Shown: one piece after another, positions 1-13,069 of the stretch
Layout: each line of letters opens with the position of its first letter
Numbering within the stretch: position 1 is the first letter of the stretch
Assembly: GCF_006345805.1 (NCBI RefSeq)
Contig: NC_043006.1
Coordinates: forward strand, 8,556,001 to 8,620,000
DNA from: Octopus sinensis
Taxonomy: Eukaryota
Reading direction: 5' to 3'
Length of the DNA stretch: 64,000 bases
Position numbers and translations under genes: made by a program
Notes under the pieces: model-generated
What the model was told of the DNA's origin: nothing
The model's input: the letters and a program-made list of their open reading frames with translations, nothing else
Databases searched by the model: none

Positions 1-69
<69 letters not shown>

Positions 70-230
70 TATACACACGTGTGTATGAATATATACATAC
101 ACACTCACACACATATATATCGCTCTCTCTCTTTCTCTCTGTCTTTCTTTCTTTCTTTCTCTCTCTCTCCATATATATATATATATATGTATACATGCAC
201 ACATATATGAATGTTTGTGTGTGTATATGT
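1..230. repeat. Compound (TA)n/(CT)n/(CA)n microsatellite
   Basis: Direct reading of the sequence. Confidence 0.95.
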
Positions 231-649
231 ATACATGTTCAACATAAATTCTTGCTATAGCCATGTAGCCCTGTAACAGTTTCGTATTGTTATTAATTTT
301 TAAAACTGTGCATATCGTTTAACAACTTTAACTGAAATAAAAATAGACAGACGATGTAAGAAAATTGAAACCACTGTTCTTTTCCATCTTCTATTTTCTC
401 ATCAACACACAATAATTATGAGGGGAAACTAAATCAAAAGTATTTGATTTGCTGTGGATAAATCTTATAATTTCTAAAAACATTATTTAGTATGTCTCCA
501 TATAGTAGCGTTTCAACTATCTAGACGTTAACAAAGGCTAACACACAATGTACAATAAGAGGTGCTTCAAAAGCATATTTTGATAACACTAATCGCAATT
601 TATAAGAATTTTTAGACAATGTAGACATTAGTAATTACTGATTAAGTGA

Positions 650-2460
650 GATATTCTAACCAAATTAAAAAGCGGATTTCGTTATTATTGTATCAATGCA
701 TTGAAAAAAGTCACTGTTCACTATGCTGGTAGGATCAGCATAGATTGCCACTAAAGTAGTGATGAACTACACTTCATGATAAACCTGAATGCGTTCAAAA
801 CTCCAGAAATATTAGGTCGGGTTCATACTCTAATATGAAAAAGCCGCTAACATATCTACGAGGTAAAATGATGTTTATCCATTGATACATTAGGTGTATA
901 TGTGCTGCGTTGAAGTCTTTCCAATCCGCTGATACGATTATTAATACAGCAACATACCGCAAAAGTTTAAAAAGTTACATGTAGAATTTACTTACAAGTG
1001 GGGAGCAAAAACTATTGAGAGTCTTCTCTTCTATAGATTTCAGGGAAAGTTATTTTCGAAACATATGCTATAGCAAAATTAAAATATGCCCAGAGGCATT
1101 TTTCATAAATGATAATATAATTCCCATGCTTGTAAGAACGCTAACGACAGGAGTTTCATCTTGCGAAAAAATAAATATTAAAATACCGAACAGTGTATAA
1201 CCTACGTAATTTGTCCATCAATTTTACCAAACGCTTAGTCTGTGTAGAGAGTGATTATTCCTGAAGAATAATATGAATCTCTAGACAAATTTGTAGGCAT
1301 AATCAAGATGTCTTCCACGTTTCTCGGAAGAGACACATCGGACTATCTTCTAGTTTAACACGGAGTAAATTAGGCTTTTATTTCTGCAACGTTATTGGAT
1401 ATACTTCTTGATGTCACGCTGAAGATTTAGATCTAACCGCCAACATATTTAAAAAAGTTCTGCACTACTTCTATTAAGAGGCAATAGCCTTAACACTAAC
1501 GATTATCATATGAAATGCTGAAGTCAAATATAAGGCTAAACCTGACACATGGCATAGTAGTATGATATCTAAGAAAAACAGTAAGTATAATTGCGTTTCT
1601 TGCCACACCCAGTCTTGTAAAATCGCTTTCGAGAAGATCAAAGATCGTCTAAATGATTAACGGCGCATAAAACAGCCAATAAAATGTATTACGCTGTATG
1701 GCTATCTTTCGCGTTGCACTCTACATATAAAATTAGAGCATAGTCACATAATTTTTCAATTGCATCTTCTACGCACTGAAATTAACTGATTTTGGCAATG
1801 GATTAGAACTGGAATCCATATGTTTGGCAAGTGTTGCCTTTTCTGAAGTCATTGACGGGTTTGTGACATACACGATGATCAAAAATGGAGATACAAACGG
1901 TGCAAAGAACTGTTCGTTATCGCTGGCTAAATGTTAGAAGTCGTCAAATAGACAATATGAAATTTCGATATTCGTAGGCGATATCCACTATTGTACTGAA
2001 GAATTGTGCCTAACAGTGGCTCTTTAGAAGACAGTAACTGATCCACGCTGACGATGAAACCAAATAAGAGCACTATAGAAAGGCGTCAAAATCTGATGTG
2101 CCCTACCGTTTTCGGTGTACTTCAGAATTTCCAATATAACCAGAATATTCGCGCCAGAATGTAAGGGCATGTTAGCACTACACTCACTTGTAAAAAGTAG
2201 TATGAATGATGAAGATATTCTAGTGGTTACCCTTACTCAATTAAAGACGACAACGTTCAATATTCAGTCCTTTATTTTGTCATATACTATCTGGCGGCTG
2301 TCCACTCATATATACCATACTCTATTTCCAACAATTGAACTAGAAACTTCTGTCATCATTTACCATGGATTGTTTGGAATTTTAACAATGTATCTTCTAA
2401 CAGACCCTGTCTTTTACTATGGATCTTCCTAATTATTTATCATACATCTACCTACGAATA
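650..2460 (+). mobile_element. Highly decayed non-LTR retrotransposon with restriction-like endonuclease (R2/R4/NeSL type), RT to C-terminus
   Basis: Interrupted frames give CHAEDLDLTA (YADD-like, ~1412-1441), HILSGGCP (zinc-knuckle H-x4-C-like, ~2281-2304) and WNF..SNRP (RPD-like, ~2370-2410), in the expected order, with many stops and frameshifts. Confidence 0.5.
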
Positions 2461-3099
2461 TCCTGTTTTATATTGGACACTTCTAAATACCTCAAAGAAT
2501 TGTAACTAATACTATTCTAAATTAAACATATTTCTTATTTCTCTCTCCCCGATGACGGAATACTTAGCCGACGTGGAAATCTTTACTCAGTAATATAAAA
2601 TGATGCTTAGCTATTCCAGAAACAGCTGTAAGAGATTTTGCCTCTATAATCTACCTGTGCACTATGTTTTAATTATCAATTAAATGGTCTAAATTGATAC
2701 CATTGGATAACCTTGTACAGTCTCTGTTTGTAATACTCTGAGGAACAGAACATTTCCGGTAATCGTTGATAAGAAGCTTCGAAACTAGCGTTTAGCAGTT
2801 GTACTTCTAACCGGAGTTTTAGTGGTGAACCAAACCGAGTGCATATGATATATACCTATTACTTCACGTCATCAGACGCCAACCACTTATATACACAATC
2901 ACACACATACACTCACACACACACACATACGCATGCATACACACATATGATTTATGAGGGCGAAAGACGCGTCCATCCCGAGAGATTCGCGGTCACAAAA
3001 TTGTAAGTAACGTGGAGCTAAGGCAACGTGTTACATAATACAAGTAACTCCAACCAAATTGGTTAAGTGATACTTTGTTTCGTGCCTTCACTCACTCGC

Positions 3100-3189
<90 letters not shown>

Positions 3190-3285
3190 GTACATACACA
3201 CATAAACACACACATATATAGACACACAAACATATGTATTTGTGTGAGTATGGCTGTGATTATGTGCTTGCATAAATATCACCCA

Positions 3286-3325
<40 letters not shown>

Positions 3326-3330
3326 GTAAG
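3100..3330. repeat. (TA)n-rich microsatellite
   Basis: Direct reading; explains the YI-repeat ORFs here. Confidence 0.95.
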
Positions 3331-3424
3331 ACAATGAGAGAAGGAGAGGAATCATAAAAGAAAGGAAAATTTTGAGAGATGAAGATTAATATCGTTTCTA
3401 CTATATTTGCAAATCGATTACATC

Positions 3425-3570
3425 AACCCAACTGCTCGAGTGGCACTTCTTTCATCGACCTCGGTAGGATGAAATGCAAAGTTGACCTCGGTGGTATTTG
3501 AACTCAACACTTCACGATGGAATAAATACATTTTGTTCGGCGCGGTGATGATACTGTCAACCTACCGCTT
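3425..3570 (-). mobile_element. Degenerate SINE fragment (family A)
   Basis: atcgacctcggtaggatgaaatgcaaagttgacctcggtggtatttgaactc resembles the core of the copies at 18604 and 27497. Confidence 0.65.
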
Positions 3571-5501
3571 TGAAGAGGATATTAATATGAATATGAATAG
3601 TAAATTGTGAGGAATTATTCTAACATCATTTCTTATTCTATCATTACTATTCTCCTACATAACAATAAAAAATAATAGAAATGTGAGCTGAGATACAGTT
3701 TTCTATCTCATTTTGTTTTTCAATTTCATACAATTAATATAACTTGTTGGTGACGGAAGGAAAATATGGCTAGTAAATATTCATTGTATTTGTACTGATT
3801 CGATAGTTAAATGCTATTTATATAGTTATATTGCATTTGTTAAAACACTCTCTAGCTATACACTATGTAATAACTAAGGTAAATTCTAGTATAAAGGAAC
3901 CCCATCAAATAAGTCTCTAAGATATCCTATTATTTTACTATTTTCCTATTTAATCGCATCCAATAATAAACGTTGAAATTGCGTTCTTAGATGTTGTCAA
4001 ACAACTTTGTAGCTCACAATACAAATGTGTAGATAGGAAATACCGAGATATTAATATCGATTTACTTTTCTAAATTCATATTTATTCGGATTATATGAAT
4101 GTATGTAGTAGTATCGTAATCCAAAAATTAATACGAAAAGTGAATTTGCAACGTGACCAAAACAGAAATTCTCGTTTGCTTTCAGAATTCTCATCTGGAT
4201 TGTCAAGCATATCGTCTATTTCAAATGGTACAATCATTGTATCGAAAACTTTTCCATTACATTTACTAATCCTTGGCGAACATTAGAAATACATGTTAGT
4301 ATCAATATTCGTTATTTACATAACTTTTTTCATGACAACTACATTTTACTTCGTTCATCCTTTGAACATTACTCCCACAGACTTTCAATAATTTGCTTTC
4401 TATTTGCGCAGCTGTTAATGCACTTTATATTTTATAATATGCGCAGCGGCTAACGTCGCAGAGTGAAAGTTCAAGATAAAAAAAAATAATCCTTGGTGTT
4501 AAAGTTTTATTCTATGTATCTGACTTTAGTTAAGTAAAAGAAACTCACTGACTGTGGCCATTAACACCACTCATGTGACTGACTGTAAGTGTAAGAATTG
4601 GCTGCTATTCCATTTCTATTCAGGGTCAAAAGAAGAGGGCAATTATACTGAGTGAAAGGGCGTTCCATTGATATTTTAACTTTCTATTCCTCGACGGTAA
4701 TCGCAGAATGTGTTATGGGATTACAGAATGATGTAAACCTTATTTAGCACCTTCGCCAGATTAAGAAGAGCAGTACTAATGGCATTTTCTAGGGAAGTAG
4801 GTGCTGTATTTATCCTTAGATTGGGGACTTGGCCCAAATGTTTTCAAGTGATTGTACTCTGCCAAATTCCTTCTAGAGCCAGGAGGAAGACTTAAAGTAA
4901 GCTACAGATTAAATCAATCACCAGAGAAGCGGGAAGGGTCTGTCCACAGATCCTCTCAATAACATTTTATTAAGAGAATTTTACTGAACTCAAAGCTGAG
5001 AGAAAAAGCAATTTTGCTATTTATTTAGCCGTGGAACGGAACCCGAAAAGGCGTAGTTATAGATTGAACACACCACAATGCCTGTACAATGTCTAGGAGT
5101 TCAGAAGCAATTCTATTTGTTTAGCCTCAAACCAACATTTATAATGCATATTTATGATCAAAGATATTAAATTTATGTCCAACCCTTGATTTTATGGCTA
5201 TGTGGAACCAATGTGATCTTTCATTCCTTAAGAATGTAGGATGTGAAGGTGATTTGATGGCAAGATTTTAAATTCTAACTAAAGTATAGAGTTTTTACCA
5301 TTATCTAGGAATGCTTGGATTTAGTTGTTGAAATTGAATGAAAACACAAAAATAAATAAAAAGCGAAGATACTGTTATGTGCGACGGTCCAAAACGGAAA
5401 TGAGTGGATGTTTCCTACGAAGACGAGCATGTCTTGTCCCATTTATAGACTCAAAACAGGGATTGCATATACGTGCATCATCAATATTTGTATTTCTAAA
5501 T

Positions 5502-5900
5502 GCGGCGAGCTGGTAGAATCGTAAGCATGCCGGGCGTAAAGCTTAGCGGTATTTCGTCTGCCGTTACGTTCTGAGATCAAATTCCGCCGAGGTCGATTTA
5601 GCCTTTCATCCTTTCGGTGTCGATTAAATAAGTACCAGTTACGCACTGGGGTCGATATAATCGACTTAATCCGTGTGCCTGTCCTTGTTTATCCTCTCTG
5701 TGTTTTAGTCCCTTGTGGGTAGTAAAGAAATAGGTATTTCGTATATTTCTACGTTCTGAATTGAAATTCAGCCGAGGTCGACTTTGCCTTTCATCTTCTC
5801 GAGGTCGATAAATTAAGTACCAGTTGCGTACTAGGGTCGATCTAATCGAGCGACCCCCTCCCCCAAAATTTCGGGCCTTGTGCCTAGAGCAGAAAAGAAT
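5502..5900 (+). mobile_element. tRNA-derived SINE family A: full copy (5502-5737) fused to a 5'-truncated copy with a different tail (5733-5900)
   Basis: The head gcggcgagctggtagaatcg, the core gcctttcatcctttcggtgtcgattaaataagtaccag and the tail are shared with the reverse-strand copies at 18604, 20604 and 27497. Confidence 0.9.
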
Positions 5901-6319
5901 ATATGTATTTCTAACTGAAGTGCATTCCAACTCCACATACTTCTTGATTTTTCTAATTTAATGAAGGAAGATAAAAATTCCTAATAAATTTCAAATGTGC
6001 AATTATTTACTATTTTATAATTACGGTAATCACAACTGAATATTTAATCTCGATCCTCCAAACAATACTCTAGCTAAAAGAGGCAAGATTGCAACATTTA
6101 TTTATGGTGTATTGCTTCATGTAAGAAATATTTAGTTTCTCTATGAGAATGGACGGAAATGATGGACCTATGACGACGCACATCGAAGTAGTTACGTTAC
6201 TACCAGTGCATTAAACAAAATTACAATAATCGAAAAGTAAATGAGCTGTATATATTCATACTTAGAGTATTTGAACAACGCATTAGTACAATTACTAGCA
6301 TAGTGATATAGTTTGAGTA

Positions 6320-6705
6320 GTGGAGGCGCAATGGCCCAGTAGTTAGGGCAGCGGACTCGCGGTTGCAGGATCGCGGTTTAGATTCCCCAGACCGGGCGTT
6401 GTGAGTGTTTATTGAGCGAAAACACCTAAAAGCTCCATGTGGCTCCGGCAGGGATGGTGGTGATCCCTGCTGTACTCTTTCACCACAACATTCTCTCACT
6501 CTTACTTCCTGTTTCTATTGTACCTGTATTTCAAGGGGCCGGCTTTGTCACTCTCTGTGTCACGCTGAATATCCTCGAGAACTACGTTAAGAGTGCACGT
6601 GTCTGTGGAGTGCTCAGCCACTTACACGTTAATTTCACGAGCAGACTGTTCCGTTGATTCGGATCAACCGGAACCCTCATCGTCGTAACCGACGGAGTGC
6701 TTCCA
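6320..6705 (+). mobile_element. tRNA-derived SINE family C
   Basis: A-box-like tggcccagtagttagg, B-box-like ggtttagattccc, and a 3' tail (cgtcgtaaccgacggagtgc) shared with 12140-12456. Confidence 0.85.
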
Positions 6706-8055
6706 CTATAGTTTAAGTAATTCTGTCTTTCTTTCTATTTACAAGTCTTCAACAATGTCCTGCTAGATAAGGTAAGTGTCATTACATACCGAGTGTTTTT
6801 GTGACTAAATAGATATACTTTCGATTATAAAATCTTTCAATTTGCTGCTAGTTACGGAGTATATTATATTTTAATTCGATACGATATTGGATATCCCAGT
6901 TTAGTGTTTCGTTCAAGGAAGCAATACAAAGCCGATGCTAATTTATAAACAATCTCTGCCTTTTTAATTGTGGTACAATACTCTACTGATAGTATAAAAA
7001 TGCAAATGTTTCAGGTAGATCGATACCTCGCATTTACAGAAACCATTCAAGCAGCTATCACCAAATAAACATTCAATAAAAACACAATATTGTAAAATCA
7101 ACTCCATTCTGGTGGAAGACAACTGAGTCCGGGCGCAGATGAACTGGAACAGCGGTCTTTTTGAACCGGACAGAACGCTAATCCGGTTAACCTGCGCTCT
7201 TGACATTATCAAAATCAACCCAACCGAATACAAAAGAAAGCAACATTATATGACACAAATAAAAATCAATAGGCTTATATTGAGACTCCATTTGAACGAA
7301 ATTATTCGCCTACAGTTATTCAATAACATTAAAATAGTACATATCATAGAGCCAGGGCCGCAATTATAGAGTGGTCGTGTATTACATCAGACTAATTCGC
7401 TACCAAACTCAGCGACTTTGATGCCTTACCTTAACTAACACAAGCACTTATATACATACGCATACATACATATATACATTCATGCATAAATGCACACTCA
7501 TATGTATATGTATATAGTATTACTGAAATCGAACTGTTGATGTAACATTCATCCGGTTCCTTACTGTCTTATTACATCGGTATATAACATTCACGATCAC
7601 TTTTATTCACGTGCAACAGATACATAAATCTTAAGTACTTCTAAATTATATTCTTTGCAAAAGTGCAAAAAAAATAGATTTACATTAGAAATTCTGTGCA
7701 TATATGGACGACATAATATCCTCAAAATTTACCGAGAATATGGAATACTGATCTTCAAAAAGCGGTTTATCTAAAAGACTCAGTGAACTGGTAATTTATA
7801 CATTCAAAATTAAAATAGGTTTGCAACTTGTAAACTTGAATGCTGTGATAACAATCGAATATACCAAGTGTCACTTTACAGTGTTAGATGCTGTTTCAAG
7901 TATGTTCCCAAAACTAGAATAGCAATTGAAAACGAACACAATGAACTAAGTTTGAAAACAAATAATTCAAATTGAGTGATATATCCACGCACACCCACAC
8001 ACAAGCCTGTCTACTCACACGCGCGCGTGCAACCAACCAGCACACGAACACCTAT

Positions 8056-8102
<47 letters not shown>

Positions 8103-8274
8103 AATCGCGTCGTTGTAGAGCCATTTAATAACATTAGTAAAAGTTAAAAACCCTCCATCTCAAGAAAAATACTAAAATCTTATGTAATTATTTTGTAAAT
8201 ATCTATGTAATTTCATGGTGCTTCCTAAACATAGTTGGTTCAGTTTCAACGCACAGTGTCAAATAAAGTCAGTT

Positions 8275-8657
8275 GGAATCTTTTCGGTTTGAACGGCAGT
8301 TTTTTTCTAGCGGTGTCATATGAAATTGTCACCCATAATTATGACCCTAGTATCGATCTATAGCATTTCAATCTATTTTAGGGTTAGTCAGGGTTAGGGT
8401 TAGTCAGAAATGTAAATAAACCCAATCTGTCTCTTAAACGAGCACATAATGTTTTCACCTCAATAGACGTCATTGATTGTTTGAAATTGCAGAAATTAAG
8501 AAAAAAATAACAAATATCTTACAAACTATAGAATTTTCTCAATAAAGCCAAGAGAAAAAGATGCTTTATAAACACATTCTACCAGTATACGAAGTTTAAA
8601 AGTGTTTAGTTACGTGGAAATTATTTTTAAAAACTGCCGTTCAAACCGAAAAGATCC
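8275..8657. mobile_element. MITE (non-autonomous DNA transposon) with ~27-bp TIRs and internal GGGTTA repeats
   Basis: Left atcttttcggtttgaacggcagttttt is the reverse complement of right aaaaactgccgttcaaaccgaaaagat. The right ~130 bp match the arms of 19592-19986. Confidence 0.85.
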
Positions 8658-8696
8658 GTCAGTTGTAAACAGGTAAAATTTGCAATATTTATCTAA

Positions 8697-8723
8697 CTAT
8701 ATGCACACACAGACACACACACA

Positions 8724-8754
<31 letters not shown>

Positions 8755-8913
8755 TATGTATACTTATAAGGATACATATATGTATCTATATGGATGTGTA
8801 TATATGTATATGTGTATATATATATATACATATACATATATATATATATAATATATATATATATACATATACATATATATATACATATACATATATATAT
8901 ACATATACATATA

Positions 8914-8967
<54 letters not shown>

Positions 8968-9119
8968 ATACATATACATATATATATATATATATAATAT
9001 ATACATATACATATATATATATACATATACATATAATATATATATATACATATACATATACATATATATATATTATATATACATATACATATACATATTA
9101 TATATATATACATATACAT

Positions 9120-9174
<55 letters not shown>

Positions 9175-9180
9175 ATATAT
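8697..9180. repeat. Long compound (CA)n/(TA)n/(TACATA)n microsatellite
   Basis: Direct reading. Confidence 0.95.
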
Positions 9181-10367
9181 ATAGGGTATATGAATGACAT
9201 TCGTGTAATCTGTTCATAAGTGACTTAGCTTTTAAATGCAGTGATATATTTTTCTCAGGTGTGAAAAGATCATAAAAGGCATATAAGCAGATAGAGCTTT
9301 CCTGCTGGACACCTCTGTCTGCTTATTATATATATAGAATAATAGAACTGAGATATGAATTGTGTATATTAACTATAAATCGACTGAGGAACTACATCTG
9401 TCGGCCAGTGTAATGTTTTATATGAGCGTGTACATGCACACGTATACATTGACAGCACCTTATATTAAGAAACATTTTGAAAAGGAGAATAGCATGATAG
9501 TAATAATTACTTCACGCTCTCTCCACTCCACTTTGCTAAAATGTAGTTATTCTTAAAAAAATATTTTACAAATTTTCTGGAAGCAGCTAGGTATGAATTT
9601 TATTGCAATATATAGGAAAAACACTAGATCAAGGCAAGCAAAGGAAAATAATTGAAAAATATATACGTTAGTTAAAGGAAATGTGAAAATAAATAAAGCT
9701 TAAACTTTTTGAACAAGTCAGTTATTCTTTTTAAACACGTAGGTTATCCATTCATATAAGCCCTGCCAGAGGAAATTGGAGTTTTCTTGAAATATTGCAA
9801 AACAGCAGCAATAAAGTGTCTAGGATTTTCTTTTTCTTAGAATATTATCTCATAATAATGAATTGATGTATATTTTTCTAGTACGGTTTATTCCTGCTGG
9901 CACTGGAAACTGCTGCGTTAACTCTTCGATAAAAGAAAACGTTTTAGATTATTTTTCATTTTGATAGAAGATAAATAATTTTTCAGTTGCTTACATTTAT
10001 TGTTACTTATTCATCAGTAAAAGAAATATGTTGTAATTCTTGGATAAAGCTTTAGAAAATTAGATTGCATTATAATTCTACAAATGGAAGAAAAATGCCG
10101 AGAAATAGAAAATAAGAGAATAAGGTGAAATGGTAATATATTTCTCATCACTTATATACAAAACGTTGCGTTTCTATGTACAACAAGAGTAACTGTTAAC
10201 TGACCAAGGTGCATATTTCGAATTCTAACTTCACACTAATTCTAAGTCCTAATTTTAATCCCAATGTACCTGATTTCTAGCAGTGTTGGTTTGTTATAAA
10301 CAGTTTTTTCTATCTTTTATATTGTGCTATTTTGTATTATGAATATAATGATTCATATTATGGTGGT

Positions 10368-10703
10368 GACCACCTTCGGTCAGACACTGACCATGGGTTT
10401 GCACCTAGAGAGTTACCCTCTGAGGCACAAGTCTGGGCAAGGTTGTTTTATGGAAGACCAACAGTCGCCCATGCATACCGGCCTCCCCTCTCCACGTCAC
10501 CGATGTTGTCCAAGGGAAACGCAAGGGCTGATACAGCTTGGCACCTGTGACGTCGCAACTCATTTCTACAGCTGAGTGTACTCGAGCAACGTGAAATAAA
10601 GTGTCTTGCTCAATAACACAACACGCAGCCCGGTCCGGGATTCGAGCTCACAACCTCACGATCGTAAGCTCGACGCTCTAACCATTGAGCCACGCGCCTT
10701 CAC
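10368..10703 (-). mobile_element. tRNA-derived SINE family D
   Basis: On the minus strand it reads gtgaaggcgcgtggctcaatggttagagcgtcgagcttacgatcgtgaggttgtgagctcgaatcccgg (tRNA-like head with A and B boxes), followed by a ttgagcaagacact core. Confidence 0.88.
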
Positions 10704-11371
10704 GCGATTCATATTATACAATGTTAAAAAATGTATCACAAATGACATTTATCCCATCTTTAAAGATCTATATTCTATTATTATATCGCTCAGGCTCAAC
10801 ATTCGACAGAATATAAAGCTGCAATGCAGTACTGAATAAAGTAGTATTTGAAAGGTTTCTTAATATATGCGGTGTTATTAAGTTCAATACGTAAATGATG
10901 TTTGCGTTGAGAAACACTTCATGTGGTATTTGAAATATAATCCTTTTCAGATTATTCAGTAAAAGGTTTCGTTGACGAAATAGCTACGGAAAATGCATAC
11001 AATACATTATCTATAGATGAAATCATATTTCGGTAATTTCATATGTGAAAGAACTCGAAAGATAAACCTCAAGGCTATAACTTCTTCGAAAGAATTAAAT
11101 GAAATATATGTTTGACATAGTGTCAGTAAAACATACAACACAAATTTAGCTTAACAAAAGAAGAATTTAACGATCAGTTGGATTGCAAATACACCAAAAT
11201 TTTCTTATTCATAAAGTAAAATGAATCTATCACACATCGTTATCGACGACGCGTATTACAGTTGGCTTCTCAAAGGAATTAATTAGTTATCAAGTTATTG
11301 TGCAAATGATGGAGAATTTCAGATTCCCCTGCATCATTTTCGTGAACTTTCCTATCATTTTGAGCATATGA

Positions 11372-11790
11372 TACTCTTTTACTATTTTACTTGTTTCAGT
11401 CATTTGACTGCGGCCATGCTGGAGCACCGCCTTTAGTCGAGCAAATCGACCCTGGGACTTATTCTTTTGTAAGCCCAGTACTTATTCTATCGGTCTCTTT
11501 TGCCGAACCGCTAGGTGACGGGGACGTAAACACACCAGCATCGGTTGTCAAGCAATGCTAGGGGGACAAACACAGACACACAAACATATACACACACACT
11601 TATATATATATATATATACATATATACGACAGGCTTCTTTCAGTTTCCGTCTACCAAATCCACTCACAAGGCATTGGTCGGCCCGGGGCTATAGCAGAAG
11701 ACACTTGCCCAAGATGCCACGCAGTGAGACTGAACCCGGACCATGTGGTTGGTTAAGCAAGCTACTTACCACACAGCCACTCCTGCACCT
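11372..11790 (-). mobile_element. tRNA-derived SINE family B (CORE-like ttgggcaagtgtctt), full length
   Basis: Near-identical to the copies at 38381, 50476, 60696 and 61663, with a (tactctttt)n tail. Confidence 0.92.
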
Positions 11791-12139
11791 ATATGATAGA
11801 ATAAAAAAATTTAAAGTACTAGATCGCTGGATTAAAATCGGGATTATATGATAAACAAGCTAACTTTTATGCAATTTACTTGCATGTGTATTTGTTATTT
11901 CACAATGCACCTCATGCTTGTGTCAAACATTAGACGTTTTACACCGTGAAGATGTTAATGCCGGGTTTCTGTAACGGTTTGCAGATATAAGGAAAGAATG
12001 CGTAGGCTAATACACTCATGCCCCGATGCTGAATATTCTTTCGAAGATGGAACGGGAGCAATACTGAAAAAAGTTACACATGTAAAGACGAAATGGTGTC
12101 ACATTAGATACATTTTAACATTATATGTTATAAATATAA

Positions 12140-12456
12140 GGAGCACTCCGTCGGTTACGACGACGACGGTCCCATCTTATACGATCAACGGAACAGCTTG
12201 CTCGTGAAATTAAGGTGCAAGTAACTGAGCAATCCACAGACACGCGTATCCCTAACGTAGTTCTCGGGGAGATTCAGCGTGACACAGTGTGTGACTAGGC
12301 CGGCCCTTTGAAATACAGGTACAACTCATTATTGCCAGCTGAGTGGACTGGAGCAACGTGAAATAAAGCTTCTTGCTCAAGGACACAACGCGTCGCCGGA
12401 AATCGAACTCACGACTTTACAATCGTGAGCCGAATGCCCTAACCACTAGGCCACGC
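12140..12456 (-). mobile_element. SINE with a family-D-like head and a family-C-like tail
   Basis: Head and core match 10560-10700; tail matches 6530-6705 in reverse orientation. Confidence 0.82.
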
Positions 12457-12564
12457 TATGAATATACTATGTATTAAACACCATAACATAAAATAAAGTA
12501 AAATCAATTTTTTTATGATACACCAACACTATTTGGAGATTTTACTTCAGATTCTATTAAAAAT

Positions 12565-12787
12565 ACCAGCGACTGTTACCTTTGTTATAGAATTCTAAGA
12601 ATGCTTTGCATTTAATACAGTTCTATATTTAAGAGATCAGGAATTATGTACATTATTTACATTTGACGGATATTTGATCTCTTGTTTGTTGTGAACACAA
12701 CGTTTCGGCTGATATACAATCCAGCATTCATTCATCAACCTTGGGGAAATTTCGGACCTGAGTTCTCATTCGTAGGGTATTTTTCGA

Positions 12788-12789
<2 letters not shown>
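12565..12789 (-). mobile_element. Penelope terminal-repeat-like short element with a degenerate hammerhead motif
   Basis: Minus strand reads TTGATGA..GCTG-loop-CAGCc-GAAACG. The repeat-family assignment is from memory. Confidence 0.5.
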
Positions 12790-12840
<51 letters not shown>

Positions 12841-12980
12841 TCACTGCTTGGAGTCGAACTCGGAATCTTGGAGTTAGTAGCCCACGGCGCAATGGTTAAG
12901 GACGCAGGCTACTAACCACAAGATTCCGAGTTCGATTCAAAACAGTAACCCGAATAATAATAATAATAATAATAATAATG
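12790..12980. mobile_element. tRNA-derived palindromic (foldback) element between (TTA)n and (TAA)n arrays
   Basis: 46-nt arms 12837-12882 and 12907-12952 with 7 mismatches. A-box-like ggcgcaatggtt lies in the spacer and B-box-like gagttcgattc in the right arm. Confidence 0.8.
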
Positions 12981-13069
12981 ATGTATAAATAAAAAAGCGA
13001 CACAAGCTAAGATAAATAAAGGATAGATAAAGGATTGAGTTATAAAACATTATCGTATTGAATAACGTA

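Noticed and set aside
4065-4270. Minus-strand open stretch PRISKCNGKVFDTMIVPFEIDDMLDNPDENSESKREFLFWSR.. as a possible last exon of the channel
   Set aside because: No IDxxSRxxFP/TM4 signature, only a modest acceptor, and no intervening TM2-TM3 exon found.
6964-7233. Minus-strand Cys-rich ORF as a candidate intracellular-loop exon
   Set aside because: Weak splice acceptor and no recognisable homology.
9985-10020. CTGATGA ... GAAA on the minus strand (a similar case lies at ~17270-17300)
   Set aside because: No stem II or stem III pairing; chance match in AT-rich DNA.
6320-12456. tRNA-like sequences as true tRNA genes
   Set aside because: They lack complete acceptor stems and continue into SINE cores and tails.
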